Below, one piece after another: positions 19,115-30,058 of a stretch of DNA of 64,000 nucleotides. The notes below the pieces were generated by a model, which was not told the origin of the DNA, did no database searches, and saw only the letters and a program-made list of their open reading frames with translations. Position 1 is the stretch's first letter, and every line of letters begins with the position of its first letter. Source of the stretch: Candidatus Kaiserbacteria bacterium. Its GTDB lineage: Bacteria > Patescibacteriota > Minisyncoccia > Phycocordibacterales > UBA2100. The translations under genes were made by a program, and so were the position numbers. The stretch is taken from the NCBI GenBank assembly GCA_016186695.1, contig JACPLC010000001.1, positions 109,718 through 173,717 on the forward strand, in the 5' to 3' direction.

Positions 19115-19630
19115 ATGAAAGATGTCCGAGGCCTTGCCCTCCGCCCGTCGAAGGGTTTTACCTTGATCGAATTGCTTGTCGTGATCGCCATCATCGGGAT
19201 CCTTTCATCGGTCGTTCTCGCATCTCTGAACAGCGCGAGGAAGAAAGGGAGAGACGCTCGCCGTATCGCAGACGTGAGGCAGTTGCAGCTTGCGCTCGAA
19301 CTTTACTACGACAAGTCCAACGCCTATCCGCAGGTCACCGATCTTGATTCCTCGACTCTCGTTTCTGACGGATTTCTCTCTGCCATTCCCCACGATCCGA
19401 GCGACCAGAGGGATTACTCATATGCATATACAACAAACGGCGGGGATTACCATATGGGCGCATCTCTCGAGGATACAAACAATTCGGCGAAGAATAGCGA
19501 CGCCGACTGTACGTCTGCCGCAGCAGGTTGCTTTACCGCTGCCGCAGCGGCCGGAGGATTCAACGGTGCTGATTCCGGAAAGTGCAATACGAATGATACG
19601 GGCACTCTCTGCTACGACGTGACGAGTTAA
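19115..19630 (+). CDS. Type IV major pilin
   Basis: KGFTLIELLVVIAIIGIL class III signal; RDARR.AD; C-terminal cysteines. Confidence 0.9.
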   Translation: MKDVRGLALRPSKGFTLIELLVVIAIIGILSSVVLASLNSARKKGRDARRIADVRQLQLALELYYDKSNAYPQVTDLDSSTLVSDGFLSAIPHDPSDQRDYSYAYTTNGGDYHMGASLEDTNNSAKNSDADCTSAAAGCFTAAAAAGGFNGADSGKCNTNDTGTLCYDVTS

Positions 19631-19632
19631 TC

Positions 19633-19714
19633 GGAAGTCGCAGGGACGATTTATTGCCTGCGAAACTCGCTTCGCTCAAACAGTCCTCGTCAACAAATCG
19701 CACCTGCGACTTCC
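19633..19714. repeat. Structured intergenic element, family 1, copy A
   Basis: 12-bp outer stem GGAAGTCGCAGG/CCTGCGACTTCC around core CCTGCGAAACTCGCTTCGCTCAAACAGTCCTCG. Confidence 0.85.
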
Positions 19715-19735
19715 TCAGGCGGATATAATGCAAAG

Positions 19736-21028
19736 ATGGGTGAAGCAATTTTTTTTGGTCTCTTTGGTCTCATTGTAGGAAGCTTTCTCAACGTTCTTAT
19801 TCTCCGGTGGGGTAAACAGCGTGTCACAGGCCGAAGCGCATGCGTTTCTTGCGGTGGGCGAATTGCATGGTATGACCTTATCCCTGTTATTTCGTGGATC
19901 CTCTTGCGCGGCCGTTGTCGCGCGTGCGGCGCAAAGATATCCATCCAATACGTGCTCGTAGAAGCAGGTACCGCGATACTCTTCGTGCTCATCGGACTAT
20001 CTTCGCTTCCACTTCTCACCCGTCTCGCCGCGCTCCCGATCGCGGCTCTCCTTGTTGCGATCGCGGTATACGATCTTCGTCACACCCTCATACCAGATGC
20101 GTGGGTCCTGACAGTTGCTGGGTTAGCGCTTCTTAGTTCGTTACTATCACTCGCAGGTCAGGAAACCTTGTTCGACGTCATCCTGACGCTTTTTTTTGGT
20201 CCTGTGGGAGGATCCCTCGTCGCACTTCCTCTTTTTGGATTTTGGTTTTTCTCGCACGGCACGTGGATGGGATTCGGCGATGTGAAGCTCGCGCTTGCTA
20301 TGGGGTGGCTCTTAGGGATAGTCAGCGGACTAGAGGCGCTCTTTCTCGCCTTCGTCCTCGGAGCGGCCATCGGTATTCCGCTCCTCTTTTTTTCTTCACG
20401 CGCTTGGGAGCTCATGCGGGCGCGATTTACCCCCACAGGAGCTTCGCAGAAGTTTCGTGGGAGGTTTACAATGAAAAGCGAGGTACCGTTCGGTCCGTTT
20501 CTCGTCGCGGCGACACTCATCATATGGCTTTCAAACATGCACGGTCTCGTTGAGAATCTTGCCTATGATGTCGCTCTCTCCGTTAGGCAGGCACAGGTGT
20601 ACGGCATTGCGGTGAGGCGATACGGTGCTACTAATTTCAGCATCGGCTACGGGATGCATTTTGCTATCGACAGTCCCACCACGTACGTGCTATTTGCCGA
20701 CGCGTTATCCGCCAACGGTCTCTATGATGGCTGTCCCGACTCGATTTCGTGCGAGCTGGTCGAATCTACCGACATACTCCGCGGCTACCACATCGCCGAT
20801 CTGTGCGCGACTGCAGGTGGCGGGGGAGGTGAAGTGTGCGGAGTGCAGAAACTCGATATTCTCTTCAAGCGGCCAGAACCCGATGCCTATATAAGTGCGA
20901 ACGGTGTGTCGGGAGTTGCGAACCCCGGAGCACTTCAAGAGCGCGGGCGCATCGTACTCGAATCGCCACGTGCGGATCGCATAAGCGTAATCGTTGAGGT
21001 GGCAGGGCAGATCGCAACGCAACCATAG
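19736..21028 (+). CDS. pilD: Prepilin peptidase PilD fused in frame to a minor-pilin-like domain
   Basis: GSFLNV, CxxC...CxxC, MGFGDVKL, VPFGPFL, then continues into ENLAYDVALSVRQAQ (pilin-like). Confidence 0.85.
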   Translation: MGEAIFFGLFGLIVGSFLNVLILRWGKQRVTGRSACVSCGGRIAWYDLIPVISWILLRGRCRACGAKISIQYVLVEAGTAILFVLIGLSSLPLLTRLAALPIAALLVAIAVYDLRHTLIPDAWVLTVAGLALLSSLLSLAGQETLFDVILTLFFGPVGGSLVALPLFGFWFFSHGTWMGFGDVKLALAMGWLLGIVSGLEALFLAFVLGAAIGIPLLFFSSRAWELMRARFTPTGASQKFRGRFTMKSEVPFGPFLVAATLIIWLSNMHGLVENLAYDVALSVRQAQVYGIAVRRYGATNFSIGYGMHFAIDSPTTYVLFADALSANGLYDGCPDSISCELVESTDILRGYHIADLCATAGGGGGEVCGVQKLDILFKRPEPDAYISANGVSGVANPGALQERGRIVLESPRADRISVIVEVAGQIATQP

Positions 21029-21030
21029 GT

Positions 21031-21603
21031 ATGGGGGACCGCGGCTTCACACTCATCGAGATGATAGTAGCAGTCGGGCTCTTTGCGGTTGTGATGCTTG
21101 TTTCGACAGCGGCGCTTCTTTCTCTCGTGGGCGCGAACCGCAAAGCACATGCCCTGCAATCGGTCATGAACAACTTTAGTGTCGCACTCGACGGCATGGT
21201 GCGGTCAGTCCGTATGGGTTCCGAATACCATTGTGGGGCAGGTGACATAACCACGCCCCAGTCATGCGAAGACGGTGATACGAAGCTCGCTTTCAAACCG
21301 TTTTGCGAAGAAGACTGCGATTCCCTCGAGAGGTGGGTATACGCGTATGACACGAACGGCACATTCTGCGGACAAGGGCGTCTGTGCAAGTCCGAGAACA
21401 ACGGGAACAATTACTATGCGGTTACTGCGGGAGACGTCTCGATCGACGACCTGACATTTTACGTCATCGGTACAACGCGGGGCGACACGATACAGCCAAA
21501 GGTTGTTGTGGCCGTGAGCGGTACCGCGGGAGGTAGTGATGTAAAAACGAGTACTACATTTTCGATACAAGCTACCGCCGTGCAGAGGATCTTGGACATA
21601 TGA
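21031..21603 (+). CDS. Minor type IV pilin
   Basis: RGFTLIEMIVAVGLF. Confidence 0.9.
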   Translation: MGDRGFTLIEMIVAVGLFAVVMLVSTAALLSLVGANRKAHALQSVMNNFSVALDGMVRSVRMGSEYHCGAGDITTPQSCEDGDTKLAFKPFCEEDCDSLERWVYAYDTNGTFCGQGRLCKSENNGNNYYAVTAGDVSIDDLTFYVIGTTRGDTIQPKVVVAVSGTAGGSDVKTSTTFSIQATAVQRILDI

Positions 21604-22157
21604 AGAAGGGATTTACACTTATTGAGACGCTTGTTGCAGTTACAATCCTTTCGGTTGCGATTACAGCCCCGATGGCCTTGACCGCCAAGAGCCTTGCGGC
21701 CGCGTACTATGCGCGGGATCAGATCACCGCGTATCATCTTGCGCAGGAGGCGATCGAAGCGATACGTCATGCGCGCGACAACAACATCCTCACCAATGTC
21801 TTCGGCACTCATGCGGATCTTTTGGAGGGTATTCCGTCGACGACAGGCTCACCATTCACCGTGGACACTCGGGACGATTCGACGGCTCTCTGCGCGCCCG
21901 ATGGCTGTCCGCCACTGCAATCGAACGGCGAGCTATACGGATACAGACCGGGGTGCTCGATGCCGACTCTTGATTGCGGCACCGCAGAGGGGTGGGAAAA
22001 CTCTCGATTCACCCGCACGGTACGCGCGGAGTTTGTGACAGGAAGTTCGGACGAAGTCCGCATCTCGGTCGAAGTCGAATGGAGAACCGGCTCGTTCCAG
22101 ACGCGTTCGTTCACGATTTCGGAGAATCTCTACCGCTGGGTAGAGGAGATAGAATAG
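21600..22157 (+). CDS. Minor type IV pilin (PilV-like)
   Basis: KGFTLIETLVAV; A..LAQEAIE. Confidence 0.9.
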   Translation: MKKGFTLIETLVAVTILSVAITAPMALTAKSLAAAYYARDQITAYHLAQEAIEAIRHARDNNILTNVFGTHADLLEGIPSTTGSPFTVDTRDDSTALCAPDGCPPLQSNGELYGYRPGCSMPTLDCGTAEGWENSRFTRTVRAEFVTGSSDEVRISVEVEWRTGSFQTRSFTISENLYRWVEEIE

Positions 22158-22166
22158 TATGAAAAT

Positions 22167-22628
22167 ATGAAAGGGAGAAAAAGGGAAAAAGGGTTTACAC
22201 TGATGCTTGCGGCGCTTATCGCTTCCGTGACGCTTGCGCTCGGCACGTCCATCTTTGCGCTTGCCCAAAAGGAGCTCTCACTCTCATCGGTTGGCCGTGA
22301 TTCGCAGTTTGCCTTCTACGCGGCCGACACTGGTGCCGAGTGTGCGCTCTATTGGGACATACGATTCCAGCTCTTTCCCACGACAACACCGACCTCGAAG
22401 AATCTCACCTGCGACAACGAGGCGAAAACCACATCAGCTTCAAACGTCGACGGTGATATTATCTCCTCGTTCGAGTTTGAACCCAACGGGTACTGCGCGA
22501 AGGTAAGTGTCACAAAACGTGATACGAACCCGAGGACGAAGATTCACGTGGACGGCTACAACACGACATGCGCGAACATCCAATCGAGCTCCCATGCGCT
22601 TGAGCGCTCCGTCGATCTTAAGTACTGA
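22167..22628 (+). CDS. PilX/GspK-like minor pilin
   Basis: KGFTLMLA (no Glu5); AFYAADTGAECALYWD. Confidence 0.82.
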   Translation: MKGRKREKGFTLMLAALIASVTLALGTSIFALAQKELSLSSVGRDSQFAFYAADTGAECALYWDIRFQLFPTTTPTSKNLTCDNEAKTTSASNVDGDIISSFEFEPNGYCAKVSVTKRDTNPRTKIHVDGYNTTCANIQSSSHALERSVDLKY

Positions 22629-22638
22629 AAACAGCTGA

Positions 22639-24977
<2,339 letters not shown>

Positions 24978-24987
24978 TTCATGATTC

Positions 24988-26412
24988 ATGAATCTTGATT
25001 CTTTAACAATTGCCGAAGCGCGTCGCGCTCTTGATGTCAAAGAGTATTCGGCGCTTGAGCTCACGGACGCGTATCTGGATGAGATTTCGAAACGTGATGG
25101 AGAAATCCACGCGTACCTCGAGGTGTGGGAAAAGTCTGCGCGGGAAGAAGCAAAAGCGGCGGATGCGCTTATCGCAAAAGGAGAATCGAAGCCGCTCACC
25201 GGAATTCCACTCGCATTTAAGGACAACATTCTGATAGAAGGACATACGGCGAGCGCTGGCTCGAAAATCCTTGAAAACTACAAAGCTTCCTACGATGCCA
25301 CGGTTATCAGTAAGCTGAAGGAGCACAACGCAGTCTTTCTCGGACGCACGAACTGTGACGAGTTCGCGCTCGGTAGTTCTACAGAAAACTCTGCATATGG
25401 TCCGACGAAGAATCCACACGATCTTTCGCGAGTGCCGGGCGGCACATCAGGCGGATCCACTGCCGCTGTTGCCGCAAACATGGCTCTCGGCGGCTTGGGA
25501 AGTGATACGGGCGGCTCGATACGACAGCCCTCTTCTCTCTGTGGTGTCGTGGGGATGAAGCCGACGTACGGATCGGTCTCAAGATACGGACTCATCGCTG
25601 CCGCTTCCTCGCTAGACCAGATCGGGAGTATCGGCAAAACGGTCGCTGATGCGAGGAGCATTTTCGAAGGCATTCGCGGGCACGATAAGCACGATAGCAC
25701 TTCGCTTCCTGATTCTTTTTTCAATGAGAAACGCACGGTAAAGAAAGTGATCGGCGTTCCGCGCGCGTTCTTGAAAGAGGGGAGTGACGCCGATGTACTC
25801 GCGGAATTCGAAAAGACGCTTGAGAACCTGCAATCGACCGGCTACGAAATACGCGATGTAGAGCTGCCAAACGTGCCATATTCGCTCGCCGTCTACTACA
25901 TCATCAATCCGGCGGAGGTCTCGACCAATCTTGCGCGCTTCGACGGCATTCGCTACGGGCTTTCTGTTCCAGCCGGCGATATCCAGAGCGTGTATTCAAA
26001 AACACGCGGCGCGGGATTTGGCCCAGAAACACGGCGTAGAATTCTCGTCGGAACATTTGTGCTCTCCGCTGGTTATGCGGATGCGTACTACCGAAAGGCG
26101 CGCGCGGTGCGCGAGTTGATACGTGATGATTTCAAGCGCGCATTCGAATCAGTCGATGCGATCGCTATGCCGACTTCGCCGACACCGGCCTTCAAGATAG
26201 GGGAAAAGTCGGATGACCCGCTCGCCATGTACGCTGCAGACATTTTCACCGTTCCGGTCAATCTCGCGGGAGTTCCGGCTATTTCCGTGCCCTCGGGCAT
26301 GGTCCCGCGTGAAGGTAAAAATCTACCCGTCGGATTTCAGATTATTGCGCCGCACGGAGGAGAAGACGCACTGTTCACGGTTGGGGAAGATGTCGAAAAG
26401 GGCAGGGGGTAA
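24988..26412 (+). CDS. gatA: Asp/Glu-tRNA amidotransferase subunit A
   Basis: Amidase signature PGGTSGGS, GSDTGGSIRQP, NLARFDGIRYG. Confidence 0.96.
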   Translation: MNLDSLTIAEARRALDVKEYSALELTDAYLDEISKRDGEIHAYLEVWEKSAREEAKAADALIAKGESKPLTGIPLAFKDNILIEGHTASAGSKILENYKASYDATVISKLKEHNAVFLGRTNCDEFALGSSTENSAYGPTKNPHDLSRVPGGTSGGSTAAVAANMALGGLGSDTGGSIRQPSSLCGVVGMKPTYGSVSRYGLIAAASSLDQIGSIGKTVADARSIFEGIRGHDKHDSTSLPDSFFNEKRTVKKVIGVPRAFLKEGSDADVLAEFEKTLENLQSTGYEIRDVELPNVPYSLAVYYIINPAEVSTNLARFDGIRYGLSVPAGDIQSVYSKTRGAGFGPETRRRILVGTFVLSAGYADAYYRKARAVRELIRDDFKRAFESVDAIAMPTSPTPAFKIGEKSDDPLAMYAADIFTVPVNLAGVPAISVPSGMVPREGKNLPVGFQIIAPHGGEDALFTVGEDVEKGRG

Positions 26413-26429
26413 GGGGATATAATAGGGCA

Positions 26430-27113
26430 ATGGAGAACACGCTCATCGGGGCTTTTCCGGAGGCGTTCAGTTTTTTGGGCGATCTGCTTTTTCGCTGGGT
26501 ACCTGCGACGGTAATTGCTGTTTTGAATATTAGTCCCTCGTCTCCCTTTGCCAATCTCGAACAGCCGATCACTGCATGGAATGTGCCAATCCTGCTCGCG
26601 CAAGCATCAGGGCCGACGGGGTATGAATCACTCCTCAAGGGATGGTTTGTCTTTTCGTTTCTTACGCTGGTCGGCTCGCTTCCATTTCTCGCACTCATTC
26701 TCTACTGCTGGACGCGCATCTTCCAAATACGGCGACGCGAGTATCGCGCGTTTCGCGCAGCACAGCGCACCGTCGTATCGCAGGATATTCCGCGCACGCA
26801 GCTGCGCTGGAATCGAGTTATCGACCAGTCCAACAGTTCCAATCCCGAAGGCTGGCGTCTCGCAATTCTCGAAGCAGACATTATGCTCAACGAGCTTCTG
26901 GACGTGCAGGGCTACAAGGGCGAGACGATTGCAGAAAAGATGAAACAGGTCGACCGCGCGAACTTTCACTCGATCGATGATGCGTGGGAAGCGCACAAAA
27001 TCCGCAATCGCATTGTGCACGAAGGCACGGCACATGAGCTTTCGCATCGCGAAGTTCGGCGTGTTGTCGCTCTCTACGAGCGAGTATTCAAAGAGTTCAA
27101 GTATATCGAATAA
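26430..27113 (+). CDS. Conserved hypothetical membrane protein
   Basis: TM segment, then W...LAILEADIML...AWEAHKIRNRIVHE; TATAAT 6 nt before ATG. Confidence 0.8.
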   Translation: MENTLIGAFPEAFSFLGDLLFRWVPATVIAVLNISPSSPFANLEQPITAWNVPILLAQASGPTGYESLLKGWFVFSFLTLVGSLPFLALILYCWTRIFQIRRREYRAFRAAQRTVVSQDIPRTQLRWNRVIDQSNSSNPEGWRLAILEADIMLNELLDVQGYKGETIAEKMKQVDRANFHSIDDAWEAHKIRNRIVHEGTAHELSHREVRRVVALYERVFKEFKYIE

Positions 27114-27115
27114 AC

Positions 27116-27144
27116 GCAAAAATTCCGCTTTCGCGGAATTTTGC
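27116..27144. terminator. Hairpin terminator between convergent genes
   Basis: GCAAAA(A)TTCCGC-TTTC-GCGGAATTTTGC. Confidence 0.7.
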
Positions 27145-27152
27145 ATCTCGTG

Positions 27153-27224
<72 letters not shown>

Positions 27225-27263
27225 CTGTGCACTGTACTACAAAGAAAAGTCGGTAGCAATTTT

Positions 27264-27452
27264 TTAGTGGCCGAGTGCGGTGAGCACGACTTCCGTGAGC
27301 GAAACGGCAACGAATGTTGCAAGCGCGAGGAGGAACAATCTCCAATCGAGCGACGTAATGATCGAACCGAAACCGTAGGCGAGAAATCCAAGTGCGACAA
27401 ACCACAGCACGGAATTAAATGCGAGGATCGTTGTCCAGAAGCGTGTGGACAT
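27264..27452 (-). CDS. Small 2-TM hypothetical protein
   Basis: 62 aa, two hydrophobic helices, TATAAT upstream. Confidence 0.7.
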   Translation of the reverse strand: MSTRFWTTILAFNSVLWFVALGFLAYGFGSIITSLDWRLFLLALATFVAVSLTEVVLTALGH

Positions 27453-27515
27453 ACTGCAACATGATTATATCGCATTGTTGAGAGGGAAGGAGTAAACTGA
27501 TATCTTGTCAGAATT

Positions 27516-27589
27516 GTCGGGGTAGCTCAGCTGGTTAGAGCGGACGTTTCATAAGCGTCAGGTCGTGGGATCGTAGCCCACCCCCGACA
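27516..27589 (+). tRNA. tRNA-Met/Ile2 (CAT)
   Basis: GTCGGGG...CCCCGAC-A; anticodon arm GACGT-TTCATAA-GCGTC. Confidence 0.9.
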
Positions 27590-27680
27590 CACAGCGGACA
27601 CACAGCGTGGCGGTTGCGGAAGGCATATGTATCCACGTAAGTGGTTAGTGCCATGTCTTGTCACGTGGTAGTATAGTTTT

Positions 27681-28442
27681 GTGGCTCCAATGTATCGTAA
27701 AGTAAGACGTGATTTTTTCCGCATCTGGTCCGCGGAAATGGCATACGTTCTTGGTTTCTTTGCAGCCGATGGCAATATGATCCGGAACAGGCGAGGCGCG
27801 TATTTCGTCAGCTTTTACTCGAATGACAGGCGGTTGCTCGTCGATATCCGACATGTACTCGACTCCTCACACAGGATTGGAACGAAGAAACATTTTCCTT
27901 CGCGTAGGACCGCATACCAACTTCAAATCGGGAGCAAAGAAATCTTTGAGGATTTGTTGTCATTGGGATTTACTCCAAATAAGAGTACATCACTTCGGCT
28001 GCCGCGTATTCCGAGGTCGCTCGCGAAGCATTTCGTGCGAGGCTACTTTGATGGAGACGGCAATGTGTATTTCAAAAGGCACTTCGCGAAGGATCGGGGT
28101 AAATACCGGTGGATATTTCAAAGCAGGTTTACATCGGGCAGTCGTGTGTTTCTGGAAGATCTCCATACCGTTCTTCGGAGCAACGGAATTCTTGGCGGAT
28201 CGCTCATCAAGAAAGAGCGCGGCCACGATTTGCTATTTAGTCATCATGATAGCGTTGCTTTATTCCGTCTTATGTACAATAATATCGGCGATTGCGTATA
28301 TCTTAGGAGAAAGTACTTGCTATTCCGACACGCAGTCGACTCATTGTATGGGGGCGTAGCTCAGCCCGGTTCAGAGCGTCCGCTTGTCACGCGGAAGGTC
28401 GCGGGTTCAAATCCCGTCGCTCCCGCATCACCGAAAAACTGA
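27681..28442 (+). CDS. Free-standing LAGLIDADG homing endonuclease
   Basis: AYVLGFFAADG and FVRGYFDGDG motifs; YLRRK; ORF reads through tRNA-Asp. Confidence 0.88.
   Translation: MAPMYRKVRRDFFRIWSAEMAYVLGFFAADGNMIRNRRGAYFVSFYSNDRRLLVDIRHVLDSSHRIGTKKHFPSRRTAYQLQIGSKEIFEDLLSLGFTPNKSTSLRLPRIPRSLAKHFVRGYFDGDGNVYFKRHFAKDRGKYRWIFQSRFTSGSRVFLEDLHTVLRSNGILGGSLIKKERGHDLLFSHHDSVALFRLMYNNIGDCVYLRRKYLLFRHAVDSLYGGVAQPGSERPLVTRKVAGSNPVAPASPKN
28350..28425 (+). tRNA. tRNA-Asp (GTC)
   Basis: GGGGGCG...CGCTCCC-G; anticodon arm TCCGC-TTGTCAC-GCGGA; GGTTCAAATCC. Confidence 0.93.
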
Positions 28443-28517
28443 CAGCCGGCCGCGCCGACATTTTCGCATGACTGAAGCCTAAATTTTAGGCGGCGAGCCG
28501 ATAATCACTGCGCTGCC

Positions 28518-28546
28518 TTGACCATATAAAACACTAAATGTAAAGT
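28518..28546 (+). promoter_or_regulatory. Sigma70-type promoter
   Basis: TTGACC-17 nt-TAAAGT. Confidence 0.55.
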
Positions 28547-28663
28547 AAGGTGGGTATAGCGGAGTGCGCGAGATGACCTCGCGGTCAGTCCGCAGTGCTT
28601 ATCTCAAATTTGATGCGATAAGCATCGCTTCTGATCGTGAAGGCAGATATGGGAGAGTGACCT

Positions 28664-28864
28664 ATGATGATGTCGACTGAATTATTGGAACGGCTCGTTC
28701 CATGGTCTGATGACAGCTTCCTTGTCTTCGACGTAAAGTCCATCTTGCAGCACTGCTTCGACAAGGGAGCCCTCTCACCTAGAAAGGTCGAGGGCATGCT
28801 CGCGACACTCCCTGCCTCGGAGCAAATTCGCAGGCGCAACAGCGCCGGTGAATCGCTCCACTAG
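28664..28864 (+). CDS. Small hypothetical protein (66 aa)
   Basis: Promoter upstream, GGGAGAG before ATG, two hairpins downstream; no recognisable domain. Confidence 0.4.
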   Translation: MMMSTELLERLVPWSDDSFLVFDVKSILQHCFDKGALSPRKVEGMLATLPASEQIRRRNSAGESLH

Positions 28865-28962
28865 CAATGGACCGGAAAGTTCTGGTCCACGCGACGAGCC
28901 GTCAGAGGATACTGGCGGCTCGCTCTTATGCTTTCGTGCAGGAGCGGTGATAGAATCAGCGG

Positions 28963-29616
28963 ATGAAGACTGCGCAGGATATTTACGCTGAATACAACAT
29001 CATGCCCTCGCTGCAGCTCCATCAGCTGCGGGTAGCGGCGGCCGCGAAGTTAATTTGCGACAATTTGAAAGTCCCGGTCAATACGGGCGATGTCGTTCTT
29101 GCGTGCCTTTTTCACGACATGGGCAACATTTTGAAATTTGATCTTGGGAAAACGTTTCCTGAATTTCTCGAACCAGAAGGGGCAGAGTATTGGAGGCAAG
29201 CGAAGGCGGAATTCTTATATCGATATGGCGACAACGCGCACAAGGCGAACATCGCGATTGGGAGAGAGATCGGATTAGACAAGAGGATCGTCGAGCTGAT
29301 CGATAGCATAAGTTTTTCGAATATTGCAAACATTGTTGCAAATGCTTCGTTCGAGCAAAAAATCAGTGAGTATGCCGACGATAGGGTAGGTCCGTACGGG
29401 GTCTTGCCACTGAAAGAACGTCTTGCAGAGGCTCGCGCACGCTATATCGAGAGCGGAAAAACGTACTATACGGCTGAAGGATTCGACAAACTTTCGCGCT
29501 TGGTATATGAACTTGAGCGACAAATCTTTGCGCACACGAGTGTCCGACCCGAAGATCTCAACGACGCAGCCGTCGAGTCTATCATTGAGCAATTGAGAAC
29601 CTACACGGTAGCGTGA
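28963..29616 (+). CDS. HD-domain protein
   Basis: HQLRV, ACLFHDMG, YADDRV. Confidence 0.85.
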   Translation: MKTAQDIYAEYNIMPSLQLHQLRVAAAAKLICDNLKVPVNTGDVVLACLFHDMGNILKFDLGKTFPEFLEPEGAEYWRQAKAEFLYRYGDNAHKANIAIGREIGLDKRIVELIDSISFSNIANIVANASFEQKISEYADDRVGPYGVLPLKERLAEARARYIESGKTYYTAEGFDKLSRLVYELERQIFAHTSVRPEDLNDAAVESIIEQLRTYTVA

Positions 29617-29631
29617 TAGTATCGCAATGTC

Positions 29632-29704
29632 GCCGATGTAGCTCAGTTGGTAGAGCAACTCCATGGTAAGGAGTAGGTCGCCGGTTCAACTCCGGCCATC
29701 GGCT
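29632..29704 (+). tRNA. tRNA-Thr (GGT)
   Basis: GCCGATG...CATCGGC-T; anticodon arm ACTCC-ATGGTAA-GGAGT. Confidence 0.95.
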
Positions 29705-29756
29705 CACGAGATGAGTACTGGAAATTCGTTAAAAATCCCGTAGGATAAGCTCGTTT

Positions 29757-29874
29757 GCCGCCTTAGCTCCCTCCTACGCTCAAATTGCATTTGAGCTTCG
29801 GACGGGCAAGCAGTAGGACTTTCCACTACGACTTGCACTTCGAAGCTCCGATGTAAAATCGGAGCGTAGTAGTG
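29757..29874. repeat. Duplicated tRNA-Thr 5' end carrying two palindromic family-2 elements
   Basis: GCCGCCTTAGCT|element 29769-29810|CAGT matches the tRNA 5' end; an inverted element lies at 29832-29874. Confidence 0.75.
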
Positions 29875-29945
29875 CCGCCTTAGCTCAGTGGTAGAGCAAC
29901 GCTTTCGTAAAGCGTGGGTCCCCGGTTCAAATCCGGGAGGCGGCT
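29874..29945 (+). tRNA. tRNA-Thr (CGT)
   Basis: GCCGCCT...AGGCGGC-T; anticodon arm ACGCT-TTCGTAA-AGCGT. Confidence 0.95.
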
Positions 29946-30058
29946 CCGAATGCCGTGAGGAGACGACTTCCGGATTGTGAGGGGGTCGGGGAACGGGAGT
30001 TCCCCGTGGAGGAAGGATTGGGAAAACCGTGGGTTTCCCAGTTGTCCGGCGTGGCGGC

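Noticed and set aside
27640-27670. GTGGTTAGTGCCATGTCTTGTCACGTGG as a tRNA-Asp 5' half, implying an intron around the LAGLIDADG gene
   Set aside because: Only CTTGTCACG matches; the downstream tRNA-Asp is already complete and no group I core is recognisable
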